NCBI RefSeq assembly: GCF_006345805.1
Contig: NC_043005.1
Coordinates: 73,594,001 to 73,658,000 of the forward strand
Direction of reading: 5' to 3'
DNA length: 64,000 nt
Source of the DNA: Octopus sinensis
Taxonomy: Eukaryota
Both the position numbers and the translations under genes were made by a program. The notes beneath the pieces were generated by a model, which did not search any database, was not told where the DNA came from, and saw nothing but the letters and a program-made list of their open reading frames with translations. Positions 24,960-38,778 of this stretch are shown here, piece by piece; positions within the stretch are counted from its first letter, which is position 1, and the number at the start of each line of letters is the position of its first letter.

Positions 24960-25124
24960 GGGCTTCTTTCAGTTTCCGTCTACCAAATCCACTCACAAGG
25001 CTTTGGTCGGCCCGAGACTATAGTAGAAGACACTTGCTCAAGCAAGGTGCCACGTTGTCGGATTGAACACAGAACCATGTGGTTGGGAAGTAAGCATCTT
25101 ACCACACAGCCACTCCTACGCCTA
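24663..25124 (-). mobile_element. SINE family B with central microsatellite expansion
   Basis: Reverse complement of 14435-14819. Confidence 0.85.
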
Positions 25125-25281
25125 TACATTTATATTAAAACTTTTGAAGAAGTGCGGGACTGTGTCCAGTCTATTTCCATCCCACACCACGTTATTAAGT
25201 AAGTCATACTATTTTGAAGAAATTATAAATGAATATTTAAAATTTTTAAACTATAAAGTTTCTTTGTATATTATATATAAA

Positions 25282-25675
25282 CTAGCAGTATCGCCCGGCG
25301 TTGCTCGGGTTGTAAGGGAAATAACTATATAAGCATTTTTAGAGATGTAAAGTATAATAGCCATCTCAATATGGTTAACCACAAAGGGGGGTGTTACTGT
25401 AGCTTTTTACGTTCTGAGATTTAATAATACATTTTTAGAGAGTTACTTCCCTTATATATGCCAAAAATGCATTAAAAATGGGAAAAATTGATGGTAAATT
25501 TTTTTTTAAATCGTAGAATCATCGTAGACGCGCGCTAATACCCAGAAGGGCTCGATATGAATCACGACTATAAGTTACCCGGTTTTTGTTAAACTGCACC
25601 GCAAAATGTGGGAGTAGTTAGGCATCTAAATCGTAGGAGACAGACAGCACACAACCTCACTTTTATATATAAAGA
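25282..25675 (-). mobile_element. Non-autonomous Helitron
   Basis: A|CTAG end with hairpin; GA|T other end; same family as 12467-12911. Confidence 0.8.
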
Positions 25676-26601
25676 TTATGCTGCTTAATATTACAAGATT
25701 CGCTTCTGTTTTAAATGCCAATTTCCGTTTGAATTCCATATGTAAACACATAGATTTTCTTCGTGTTCGTAAAAAATCTACTAAAGCGAAAAAAACCCAA
25801 CAAAACAAATGATTAAATTATTTTTAAAAGTATTACGTAGTGCAAAAACAATAATCCCTATCTAATAGAATTAAGTTTTCAAATTCCATTAGATTGCGGT
25901 CATGCTGAGGTACCACCTTGAACTTATTTTGTCAATAATATCATCTCACAACACAGTTCTTCGTACATTGTCAGATGTATGTTGCATTATCAAGAGTGTC
26001 AAGAAAAGAAAATATAAAAATATTAACCCAGATAAATGAAAAGGGTTCATTTGCTGACAGTTGTGTCTTCAAAAACGTACAACAGTGATGTGAGACATTC
26101 ATTACTCTCTTTTAACTGAAATGTATTTAAGCTTCTTTTTATTGCTAGGAAAGGGACACTAGAAACAATTAAGGCTATAAGTAAATATAATGAAACAACA
26201 ATATAGTAAAACTCAACTCTTCGTATTGGTAAATGTAATTCATTAATTCCCACAAGAGAATCTATTTTCAAATTCACTCAAGCGAAGATTCATGAACATT
26301 TTTCCCTTGACAGTCTCATCTCTCTTCTAATTTTCGTTATCGTCTTTTTTAAATGTATCATGGGTTATTTTACTGATTACAGAATAAACTATAACAGAGT
26401 CTTTGTTCAATTCATGAGCATATTGTCGATTTACTCTATAATTTATGTATCATATCTATATGTTTATTTAATATCGATATGCACAACACATATGCCAGCA
26501 GAAAACCACCTGGTGGGCGGTTTTTCTGCTAGCAATTTATAATTAAATGTTAAATTAGTTTGAATATTAATATTTCGACAAACGCTCATTTTATGTCTGT
26601 G

Positions 26602-26656
<55 letters not shown>

Positions 26657-26675
26657 TCACATACACTCGAGCATA

Positions 26676-26903
26676 TTCGAGGGATGCTGAAAAATTCCTG
26701 GCTTTGGCTAAAAGAAAATATATGAGAATCTGTTAACTATATGAGGATCAGTTAGTTATTCAACATATTCCCCTCAGATTCACACACTTATTGCAGCGGT
26801 CTTTCGGTTTTCTAAGCCATGTAAAAGATTTCGGAAAGTTGGGCCTCCAGCTAGGCCTTTCCCGATACCCGTAAAGCCAGGAAGCTTTCAGCATCTCTCC
26901 CAT
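26676..26903 (-). mobile_element. Mariner-derived MITE
   Basis: Imperfect TIRs cgagggatgctgaaaaattcc / ggaagctttcagcatctctcc; related to 34905-35133 and 50383-50565. Confidence 0.7.
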
Positions 26904-27076
26904 ACCCATACGCTTATAGGAGTTGGCAAGAATGTGTGGGAAGAAGCTTCCTAACTACATAGTTTCATGTTCAGTTCCACAGCGTGGCACTTTGGGCAAA
27001 TGTTTTCTACTATAACCTCGGGTCGGATAAATCTTCTTGAGTGGATTTGGTTGACAGAAACTGAAAGAATCCTGTC

Positions 27077-27116
<40 letters not shown>

Positions 27117-27120
<4 letters not shown>

Positions 27121-27585
27121 GTACTTATATATGTGACCGCGTATGTATCGTTGGCGATTTTCTTTCTCCGTCTTCCCTTCCTTGGACCTTTCCTTTTTCT
27201 ATGTTTCTGACGAAGAGCTCCGCTCGAAACCTTTAAATCCTCTTACTTTCTTTCCTTTCCTGAGCGTCCAATAACACTATACTTGTTCCACGTCCCCGCG
27301 TTGTTGTGCTTTCTCTTTGTTCATGTTTGGATTAACTGTGTGTGTGTGTGTGTGTGTGGTGTGTGTGTGTGCGTACTTATATATGTGACCGCGTATGTAT
27401 CGTTGGCGATTTTCTTTCTCCGTCTTCCCTTCCTTGGACCTTTCCTTTTTCTATGTTTCTGACGAAGAGCTCCGCTCGAAACCTTTAAATCCTCTTACTT
27501 TCTTTCCTTTCCTGAGCGTCCAATAACACTATACTTGTTCCACGTCCCCGCGTTGTTGTGCTTTCTCTTTGTTCATGTTTGGATT

Positions 27586-27620
<35 letters not shown>
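27117..27620 (+). mobile_element. Tandem 252-bp duplicate of a PLE-type 3' end with minimal HHR (cores at 27207 and 27459)
   Basis: GTTT-CTGACGA-A-GAG-CTCCG-CTC-GAAA-CCTTT-AAAT; family shared with 55930-56140. Confidence 0.65.
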
Positions 27621-27629
<9 letters not shown>

Positions 27630-28110
27630 GTGTGTATGCGCATGTGCATGTGTTTGTGCGTGCGCAGTCGTTCGGTAAACTCGTTATCGGCAAAAAACCG
27701 TTGCGATATTTGTTTTGGCACTTGATTTCATATCAGAACGAAGACAACATTACATTTATCCTTTCGAGGTAGGCAAAGGAAATAGCAGCCAAGCGCCTCT
27801 AGTTTATCTATCATAGTTGTTTCACTGAGTCATGAGTGGAAGGGCTGAAATGGTGTCTGTGTCATTTAAAACTATTAATAAAAGTATAGTATTTTCTAAT
27901 CAGTTGTCTTGATTTTCCATCTGCAAAACGCCATTTGAAATAGCCGTGATACAGTTAAAATTATCAGTATCCGAAAGAACTGGTAATGTTGTGCTATTTG
28001 TTTTTTCTAGAACTCTACACTTTTTAAAATATGTCAAAATGTGGCGACGGACTTCTGATAGGAGACCAGGGGGAGGTGAATAGCATTTGGAACAGCTATT
28101 TTGATACTGT

Positions 28111-28720
28111 CTAACTCATCTTGAGTAAAAAAGAGCCATCAATACTTCCAATGTCAACTGGAATATGAACAAGAGAATGAAAATTAACGAAAACAACAAT
28201 GGTAAAAGAGAGGAATTCATGGATAGCGACAGTGATACCACCAATATCGCCATAAAAGCACCACCACAAAGAACAGCGGCAACAGGTCCCGCCAAAGCAG
28301 CAGCAACAGCAGCCGTCAAGAATTTGGACCTGGATATCTCCATTTCCAGCGACTTCGAGGTCCACCTCTCAGTGGTGTCGGGCGTCAACGGAGAGACCTC
28401 GACTACAACATGACGACCAAAGTTTTGTTTTTTTCCAAGATTTGGGGTCTCCCACCCCTAAGCCATAGACCATCACCTAATCACCCTTACCCGTCTTGTT
28501 GCTTAACAACAACAACAACAGAAACAACAGCGGCCGTCCAAGAATTTGGACCTGGAGATCTCCATTTCCAGTGACTTCGAGAACCACCTCCCAGTGGTGT
28601 CGGGCGTCAACGAAGAGCCCTCGACTACAACAAAACGACCAAAGTTTTTTTTCTTTTTCGAAGGTTTGGGGTCTCCCGCCGCTATGCCCTAGACCATCAC
28701 CTAATCACCCTTACCCGTCT
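28111..28720 (+). mobile_element. Low-complexity repeat with duplicated 3' segment (~28310-28500 and ~28535-28720), possibly a LINE-derived piece
   Basis: Two diverged copies of aagaatttggacctgga...accatcacctaatcacccttacccgtctt, each followed by (AAC)n. Confidence 0.4.
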
Positions 28721-29970
28721 TGATGCTTAACAACAACAATAGCAGCAGGAAAATCAGCAACAACAATAACGAAGACGTTAAAATTAAAGCAATAAACAGC
28801 AAAGTGAAAGAAAAAACAAAATTAACGATAATAATGATAATGAAAGCGATAAAAATGAAACCAATACTGGTGCAGTACACATCTACTAATATTACCGATG
28901 CAGGTAATGTCCCCATCACCATCTTCACAACCATCGGCATTAACACAAATACCGTTAATAACATTGCAGCCAGCAGATCAACTGTTAATGGTTTCGCTAA
29001 TGTGGTTCAAATACAACAATCAATTTTCCTATACTCATAGGATTTCAAAAATGCCAAACATTCTCTAACGACTTTTAGAAGAACAGTATCCTTAAGCTTA
29101 CTGCTTTAGGAGGGCAAGCAGAAAAAAGAAGTATCGTTGTATAGGAGTATACGACTGAGATCTAGAAACCTGGAGTAAGATATGAAAAACAAACACACAC
29201 ACAGGCACGCACACACATGCATGTAGATTTTTATGCCTCTGTGTGTGTGTTTACTTGCGAGTATAATCGTGAACATTTATTATGTAATTTGTATCTTTGT
29301 GAGATCGAACCAAGTTCCACATCTTAACCATACAACAATGTCCCACTCCTAATGAAAGTAGAATATGATGAATAGTAAAGCGAAATACCTTTTATTCTCA
29401 AATCTGCGGTCAAATTCTGACTACTTGATAGCACTTCGCCTATTTCCGTAAATCCCAGCATCGAAATATTTTCCAAACGTTATTTCTTTAATCCTCGCAT
29501 GATGTCAATTACACTAATTTTCTACTAATTAAGATTAATCATGCTGAAATGATAAACGTTTGATGTTTGATATTTGACTATATTTTACTTGTACTTGAAA
29601 AAAATTTTTCCAAAACGTTGGAGCTGAAAAAGAATTGGAAAAATGATATTGAAAGACAGAATTTTGGCAACCAGAAAACTTCTCTCTTTTTAATAAATTT
29701 TATTTTATCGCTTGTTATAGTTTATTCTCTGATTATCTTGAGACTAAATTTTCTGTGATCTTAATATGAAGACAATTATTAAGAACAAAGAATAAATCTG
29801 AGGTACTAATTGTTTTGCCTCTCCTCAACATAGCCATGGAAACCAAATGTTCATATAGTAATAGACCGAAATACAGCAGCTCTAAATATTCAGCTCTTTC
29901 AACTCATTCTGATTATATTTCTATTGTCGCATCATATACAACATCATTGGATTATTTTCAAAAAACGTAA

Positions 29971-30390
29971 AGATGGTTAACGAGCAGAATCGTTAGCACG
30001 CGGCGTAAAAATGCTCACAGGGATTTGTTGTGGCTCTTTAGATTCTGAATTCAAACTACAGCGAGAGCAACCTTTCCTTCCTTCCCTCGGGGTCGATAGA
30101 GTAATTTGTAAAAATGCTCACAGGGATTTGTTGTGGCTCTTTAGATTCTGAATTCAAACTACAGCGAGAGCAACCTTTCCTTCCTTCCCTCCGGGGTCGA
30201 TAGAGTAATTTGTAAAAATGCTCACAGGGATTTGTTGTGGCTCTTTAGATTCTGAATTCAAACTACAGCGAGAGCAACCTTTCCTTCCTTCCCTCCGGGG
30301 TCGATAGAGTAGTTTGTCAATCTAACACAGTAGTCGATTTAATCAACTTGACCAATTCCCTTCAAATCGATATACTTGTGTCCAAATTAC
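29971..30390 (+). mobile_element. SINE family A with internal 103/104-bp triplication (30007-30317)
   Basis: Units start at 30007, 30110 and 30214 and are near identical. Confidence 0.8.
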
Positions 30391-31317
30391 AAAGAATTAT
30401 CATGAGTAACTTTAGATTTTGTTATTTAGCCAAATTCTACCATGACTGAGGAATCCAATGATCAAAGACGTTTCCTAGATGACCGTCTCATCTATCAAAC
30501 TCAAAGTCTACCACCCACAACGGCTATCCGTATTTAAAACAGCAGCGCAGCAGTCACCTAGGCAGAAGTTCCTTCTTTTACTTGTAAATACAGAAGTTAT
30601 TTAATTAGATAAAATAAAATCGTTTTACTGTTCGGACAAAAATGCTTTGGGAATTTCTCCCGGCTTTTCACGTTCTGATTTCAAATACTATCGAGGTAGT
30701 CTTTACATTTTATACAATCGGGGTCGATAACATATGTACAATTGTAATCAGCTTGCCCCTCCCCCAAAATTGCCAGCCTTGTTCCAAAATTTGAGACCAG
30801 TATAATTCATCTAATCGCTTTTGCTATGTAAAGTATTGTTGCTTATTTAATCATAGTTGTTCTTTTTAAACTTTGTATGCCTTAAGTAGGTGAAGATCAT
30901 TGTCCCAAACACTTTTTAAGGATTTCCGAGACAAGTAATAGCAAAATAATAAGATCTAGTTGACGAGATGCTTGTCTTGAATGCTTGAAATGCAGTGAAC
31001 GTCCATAAATGGGACCCAAGGGCTGAATGTTGGAGATGATTTATATCTATAACTTGAAGGTACGACGGGTGTCCTCGACGGGTTGCCATATAAATTCCAT
31101 ATAAATTAAATTTCGTTCACAAGTCTTTGGCCAAATCGAGGCTGTGCTAGAAGACTCACCGTCCAAGACGCATAGTTGTGGAATTGAACCCGAAGTTACA
31201 TAAGTATGAAGAATGTTTCTTTAATGCACACACCAGAATTTTAAAAACATACGAAGGTCGACTGAAACGTTCACTGGGTGACCAAGATATTCTCATGGAA
31301 TATGCCCAAATGATATT

Positions 31318-32022
31318 TACGAGGTCTGATCAATAAGTATCCGGACTGTTACCATAGTAACGAAGCTAAAGCACGCAGAGTAAAGCCGTTGGGAACAAAT
31401 TGACCTTAAACTCTGCTGTTTATGTGCACAAAGTTTTAATGTTCTAGCTCGCATCCTCTGTTTATAGAAGTACTTGGAAAGAACGTGACTAGCGCGTGGT
31501 CGCTGCATTAACCATGACAGAGAACGTTGTCGTGGTGTTACCTGCTCAGAGGCCAACTCAAAGTTACAGAAAGTGTATGGAGAGGAGTCTATGAGCCGCA
31601 CACATGAGAACGAGTGGTTCAGATGTTTCCAAGATCTCCGAAAAATGCTGATAATGACGAACGTTCTGGGAGACCCGCAACCAGCAGAACTGAGAAAAAT
31701 GTCGCAGATGTGCGCACAGCTGTGAGAGAAATCGTCGAATCCCCATCCGTGAGTTATCAAAGAATATGCAGATTAGTTACGATTCAGTCCAGTCTATTAT
31801 CACTGAAGATTTGGCTATGAGACACATGTCTGCCAAATTTGTACCAAAACTGCGACGATCACACACTACACACATTCTTTCCAAGCAATGTTGTAAACAG
31901 TGAAAGTGAGCTAGAACATTAAACCTTAGTGCATATGTACAGCAGAGTTCCAAGTCAAACTCTGCGTGTTTTAGCTTCATTACTATGGCAATAGTCCGGA
32001 TACTTATTGATCTGGCCACTTA
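31318..32022 (+). mobile_element. Mariner element, internally deleted, ~60-bp TIRs, TA target, nested in another mariner relic
   Basis: TIR cgaggtctgatcaataagtatccggactgttaccatagtaa... and its inverse; transposase N-terminal remnant KLQKVYGEESMSRT..EWF..DDERSGRP..ISYDSVQSIITEDL.M..MSAKFVPKL. Confidence 0.85.
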
Positions 32023-33127
32023 TTTTTCAACATAATCGCACTTGCGATCCACACATTTCTTTTATCTGTGGTACAGCGGTTGAACCTCAATTGGCGAAGA
32101 AGCCTTCGTTTGTTGGTAAAAAAAAAATCAACAACAGACATGACGTCATCATCACTGCGACACAGGTTCCCAGGTAAGTCTTTCTTCATATTGCAGAACA
32201 GATGATAGCGAAATATATATATACATGTGCAATCACATAGATATATTGATATGCATGTGTATACGTGAGCTTGTGTAATAGTTTAACACAGAATTGATAG
32301 TACAGAATTCAGAAAATTATTCCCTAGCGCTTAGCTGCTTAGTTTTGAGTAACAAAATTTCCATAGCTTTAGGAAAATGTTGTTTGTACATAATTGAGAA
32401 GTAGGATATATTTTAATTGGCTGTGATTCATATCCTTCGACTGCTGACTGCTGCATGCTACCGGGTAAGACTGCTACTGCTTGGCGAGGAAACTAGAGCT
32501 AGTGACGGCCACAGCATCCTTGGTATGTTCCCTGCTGGATATACATGCATACAAACAAACTAGCAACTGACATTCCGTCGGTTACGACGACGTGGGTTCG
32601 AATCGATCCGAACAGCGAAACAGCCTGATCGCGAAAGTGGCTGAGTACTGCACAAATTCAGCGTCACATAGAATGTGACAAGGCTGACATCGTTTGAAAT
32701 ACAGATACTACTCATTTTTGCCTGTTTATTGAACTGGAGCGGCCACGAATCGAACACCCGACCTACCGAATTTAAGTCGAAAACCATAACAACTAAACCA
32801 CTTGCTTTCCCTGCATTTATTTATCTATCTATTTATATATCTACACACGCACACAAACTCACGCACACACACATACACACACACACACGATGCTTTTGAA
32901 TTTGTAAATGTATACATAGTACAAGTCACTTGAAATTAGATTTATGCCAGTCCAGGTAACTTGATGTAGTTAAAAATATCTATTTATTTTGGTATAATAT
33001 AATCAAATTTTGTTTATTATATCTTTCGTTCAGTAATATTAAATCATTTTTACTATCGAGTTAATATACATCAACTTATTATAAGTAAATATAAGTGTGT
33101 ATACTTTGCCCCTCTCTATCTTTCTCC

Positions 33128-33180
<53 letters not shown>

Positions 33181-33745
33181 GTACTTATACCTACATATAT
33201 TTATCTGTATATATGTGTGTGATTGTATATAATCATATATGTGTGTGTGTGTGTGTGCATGCTTACATATTCATACATATGCATACACACACACAAACAC
33301 ACATACATACTCACAAATACACACACATACATATTGTTTGCATCATAAAACATTTTAATATTCCAGAGACCGTCAAATCATTTTATTTTCGGAATAGAGG
33401 ACCTTGACCCGTCACATAAAGCTGTATCTAACAGTACGTATTACGTTGGCAGACCCCCTTCTAATACTTGATGTTGAAGGCTCCAGCAATCGGACTATCT
33501 TGTAGTCATGATAGGCATTCTGCCCTTGTGTCAAAGCAATGCTTTGAATTTCTCGATCCATTTAAGACACTTTATTTTTACAAGCGAGATTCTAGAGTTA
33601 CAAAATAAGTACTAGGGCTCAAGGCAGTGCCCTAACGTTGCCCTACTTCAACGACCGGAACGAGTGTGTGTATGTGTGTGTGCGTGTGTTTGTGTATGTG
33701 TGTGTGTATGTGTGTGTGCGTGTGTTTGTGTATGTATGTGTGTGC

Positions 33746-34210
33746 AGGCGCAAGCGTGGCTGTGTGGTAAGAAGCTTGCTTACGAACCACATGGTTCTGG
33801 GTTCAGTCCAACTGCGTGACACTGCGTTGGCAAGTGTCTTCTGCTATATCCTCGGGCCGGCCAAAGCGTTGTGAGTTGAATGGATAGGCGGAAAACTGAA
33901 AGAAGCCTACTCAAGGCTTTGGTTGGCCCGAAGCTATAATAGGACACTTGTACATGGTGCCACGCAGTGGAAGTGAACGCGGAACCATGTGATTGGGAAA
34001 TATATTTATAAGCTATTTTATTTAAAATTGCAAGCGTACGCTAGATAATGTACACGCTTATACTCACTCACACACACAGACACACATACGACAGGCTTCG
34101 TTCAGTTTCCGCCTACTAAATCCACCCACAAAACTTTGGTCTACCTGGGGCTATATGTAGGACGCTTGCCCAAGGTGCCACGCAGTGGGGCTGAACACGG
34201 AACCATGTGA
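33746..34210. mobile_element. SINE family B fragments (33746-33908 +; ~33908-34000 and ~34085-34210 -)
   Basis: Similarity to 14435-14819. Confidence 0.7.
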
Positions 34211-34867
34211 TTGAAATTTTTTTAATGCTATTTTTATTTCACATTGCAAGAGTACGCTAGACAATTTACACGCTTGTACCCACACACACACACATGTATA
34301 CACACCTACGAAATCAACTTCCGCCAGCATGCAATTTTAGAAAAATCAGCAGTGACTAGCACATATCGTCTGCATTCCCACTCGGTTCTGAAGAACAGTT
34401 CTACTTGACATGAAATATTTTAACAGAAAAAGAACAACGGAGACAGCTGAAAATAGTTCTCTTCTGAAAAGGAAAATAATATATTGCGTAATGAAAATTT
34501 ATTTTATCTAATTCTGATCACTGTAGTTTCAGAATGTTTTTTTATGAGTTTTAGTTTGTATGTCTTCAAATCTGGTTATACAAAATTTTAAAAAAAACTA
34601 TGACATGAATATAACTTCCAAACGTATTTGTAGATTTAATCATTAAAATAACATGCATATGACCATCTGCTCGAATACAAATAGTTATCTGTAACGTGTT
34701 GTAATCTATTTTCGTTAGATAACATTTACCTACGATATTTAAGAAGTCATTCGTGTTTTGCTAGCAGATTTGTGTGTTTCTTTGAGGGTCAAAAATAAAA
34801 TAAACACAAAAGTTGTAATAAATTATAGGTTGGCTGCTGAGCAATATATATATATATATATATAATT

Positions 34868-34904
<37 letters not shown>

Positions 34905-35133
34905 ACAAGGGTGATGCTGAAAAGATTTTTGCTGAGAAGTGTTTGGGTGAAAGAAAATTACAGGAGGATCAGTTAATTATGATTTTAGTCAACATATTCC
35001 CCTCTCAGTATCACACTTTTAGCAGCAGTCCTTCAGTTTTCCTAAGGCCTGTAAAAGAACTCGGAAAGTTGGGCTTCCAACCAGGCCTTTCACGATATCC
35101 ACGAATCCAGGAACATTTCAGTACCCCCTCGGA
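34905..35133 (-). mobile_element. Mariner-derived MITE
   Basis: TIRs caagggtgatgctgaaaag / ggaacatttcagtaccccctcg; same family as 26676-26903. Confidence 0.7.
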
Positions 35134-35155
35134 TATATATATATATATATATATT

Positions 35156-36510
35156 TTAAAGCCTCACGTGGCTGGGCCAGTAACTTTATGTCAAGGCATG
35201 ACTTGTCTATTAGGAGGCGAACCCATATTTCACAAAAGTTACTAGCTGATATTGATGAGAAGTTAATGAACTTTCAAAAGTTTATTATTAAAATGCGACG
35301 GGAAAAGGATTACCTATTGTCATTGATTGGTAATGCGGACCAGACCCCATTAACTTTTGATATGCCTGAAGATAGCACAATAGATTTCAGTGGTACATCG
35401 TCAATTACAATTAAAAGCACGGGCCATGAAAAAAATCGTTTTACCGTCATGTTATCTTGTATGGCTGACGGTACCAAACTTAAACCCTATATAATATTCA
35501 AACGTAAAACAGCACCCAAAAACGTGGAATTTCCAACAGGGATTATTGTTAAATATCAACAAAAAGGCTGGATTGATGATGAGTTATTTAGAGATTGGAT
35601 TGACACTGTTTGGGAAATCGTCCTGGTGGAGCAACTGAACAGCACAACAGCTTGCTTGAACTAGATGCTTTTAGATGCCACAGAAGCGGAGATAAACTCA
35701 AGCATTTTAAAAAATCATCACAAAACAGATGTTACTATCATTCCAGTGGGTATGACCTCCATATTGCAGCAATTAGATGTCTCTGTTAACAAACCGATTA
35801 AAAACAAATTGCATGATTTATGGACGTGAATGGATGTCGACTGGAGAAAATCGTTCACTAAAGGTGAAACAGTTCGCGCTCACGACCTGACTTCGATATA
35901 CAAATGGATCGTGTACACATGGAATGAACTCGATCCCCAGATTATTGTGAAAAGTTTTATCAAATGTTGTATATCTTCTGCACCGGATGGTACTCAGAGT
36001 GACGTTGTATGGAAAGATGAAATAAATGAAAGTGAATCTGCTGATATTGACTATGAATCTGACGATGACGGAGATTTACACTACAATGATGCTGACATGT
36101 TTACGAAGGAACAAATGGAACAGTTATTTGATCCTGAAAGTGACATTGGATTTGAAGGATTTGAATAAATGTTTTTGCTTTTGCTTTTGTAACTGATAGT
36201 GATAAATATAAATATGTAAAGGCAATTTACTTAATATTTATTTTTCACTGACTTTATTACCGTTATTTCTTTATTTTCTGCAAACAAAATGCACAAAAAA
36301 GCTACACGTTAGCATTATCCTATATATACAATAATAATAAAGGACGTTACTGTATACATTTTTACACACCAAGGACGTTATATAGAGCTCCTTGACTCAA
36401 GTTAGAGAAGGGATGCGTATTATGCACAAGGGTTATATTTTTCCGAGGTACAGCCCCCTAAAAATCCCCTGTGTATTATATTCAAGGGCGGACTATTCTC
36501 GAGGATTTAC

Positions 36511-36514
<4 letters not shown>
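35156..36514 (+). mobile_element. pogo-family (Tc1/mariner superfamily) DNA transposon, 5'-truncated, transposase pseudogene 35156-36168
   Basis: CENP-B-type HTH FKASRGWASNFMSRHDLSIRRRT; catalytic motifs NADQTP, LDAFRCH and QLDVSVNKP; two frameshifts and one stop; right end ...cgaggatttacgg|TA. Confidence 0.85.
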
Positions 36515-36553
<39 letters not shown>

Positions 36554-37154
36554 TATATATGAGTTAAATATGCACATAACGAGAGAAAATGGAAAACAAG
36601 ACAGGCAATACAAAGAATACAAAGAATGACCCTTCATCAGTTGTCAGCTGTCCTATACTCCCCATTTCGAGCAATATACGTCTACGTTTTAGTTTATCTT
36701 TTTCAACGATAATTTCTGATATATTCACAGGTTCTTTTTTAGTTTCCACGAAAGAGAAATAGTAATGGGCTCCTCAACCAGTCACACAATCTAAGTTCTA
36801 AACTTCTACCGGACAATACATCTTCTCTGTATATATTTTAGTTAAAATATATAGGAATATTGAGTCAACAGTTACATCCCAGAACAAAATAATGATAAAC
36901 AGACAATCATCAACAATATGAAATATCTGACTTATGATATTTAGTCCAGAAGTAAAATTCCAAATTCCAGCGGAAATTTCTAAACAAATCACATTTGCAC
37001 ATATTATAAGAAAGTATCCACTAATTACATTATCTCTGGCCAACAGGCAGTTTTTACAAGCACAGCAGATTCACGCGCGCGAATAATATGGTAGCAACGA
37101 TATTCAACAAATACACTCTAAATGTTTTTCGTAAGTTAATTCAATTTTCTTTAA

Positions 37155-38724
37155 ATATTAGTTTCAAATTTTGGCACAAGGACAGCAATTTCGGGTGGGG
37201 GGTTAAATCAATTACATCGAGCTAGGTGTTTGACTGGTACTTATTCTATCGACTTCTTCCCTCCAGGAAAAGATGAAAGGCAAAGTCGACCTTGGCGGAA
37301 GTTGAATTTAGAAGATAAAGGCGGACGAAATATAACTGAGCATTTTGCCCGATGTGGTAACGATTCTGACAGCTCACCGCATAATTTATTTTGGATACGA
37401 GAAGTTATGAATATGCAAATAAACACCAAAGCGCTGGGGCAGCTAGGGTTAGGGTTAGGTGTAAGTTCGGAGTGAGGAAGGACACTTGCAAAAAGTTGAA
37501 TGTCTGGACAACTGATTTTTAAAGAATTGTAATATTTAAAGCATTGAGCTTGAATATATTTATTTAAAAAGACAAAACAAAACAGAAATGCTAGTGTTCA
37601 TGGGATATAATATACATCTTCGTAAGGTGGTGTGCAGGCAGGATCGTTGGCACACTGGGGAAAATGCTTAGCGACATTTTATCCGTCTTCACGTTCTGAA
37701 TTCAAATTCCCCCGAAGTTGACTTTACTTTTCATCCTTTCGGAGTCGATAAAATAAGTGTCAGTTCAAACAGGAATCGACTTGTCACCACCAACTAAATT
37801 CCTGACCTTGTGCCAAAATTTGAAACTATCATTTGACACCTTCCTCTATATTTCCTAATATGCTCCAAAAATATTTTATATTGGACTATTCTTGTTTTGG
37901 GATATTTATTACAACAACGTGATCTTTGAAAAAACAAAAAAAAAAGGAATTTTAGAATGGCTACCCATCATTGGGTGACCATTCTGAAATAGTTACCCAT
38001 CAGTTGGTAAAATGGGATAATATAAGAAAAAATTAGATCTGCTCATTCTCATTTCATTATCCTTTCTATTATAGGCACAAGGCTAGAAATTTTAGGTGGG
38101 GATAGAGTTAATTACATCGACAGGCATTTATTTCATCGAACCCGAAAGAATAAAAGGCAAAGTTGAACCCAGCAGAATTCGAACTCAGAATATTAAGACG
38201 GATGAAATGGCGCTAAGCATGTTGTTTGGAGCGGTAACGAGTCCGGCTGCTCACAATCTCTCCCATTCCCATTTCATAATAATATATGATCTGGCACCAG
38301 GACTTTGGAAAACACTGAGATATATTATCTCCCCATAATAAGACTTGTCCATAAACGGTTTGTGTGTGTACTCAAATCACAGACTGCATTAATGGGTGAA
38401 CAAAATGAAAGGAATTTTGAAGTTCATAAACATAAAAGTTACTAGAATGCTTTAGGAGAATTACTAGAATGTATAAGAAAAATGCGTTTGTGTCTCTTCA
38501 AATACTTCAATGAGAACAAAGGAGGCGGGAAGAATACTCGATGATGAAAGAAGAAATATAGTTTGAAACTTTATTATAAGCTATAAACTTCACATGTTTT
38601 TAATAGGACACAATCGTTCGAGGATCGGAGACGAAGAACTTTGATTTCGTTTTGAATTCCGGAGTTTTTCAAATTTGAATATATGTGTCAAATGGATACG
38701 TAGAAATATATCTATCTTTCTCTC

Positions 38725-38778
<54 letters not shown>

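Noticed and set aside
26047-26277. 76-aa ORF with a TM-like stretch (YYIVVSLYLLIALIVSSVPFLAI)
   Set aside because: In-frame stop immediately upstream and no clear acceptor; T-rich DNA readily yields hydrophobic runs. A BLASTx or RNA-seq hit would revive it.
30007-30317. Regularly spaced repeats as a possible CRISPR array (also 51724-51843)
   Set aside because: Whole-unit tandem duplications without unique spacers, in eukaryotic repeat context.
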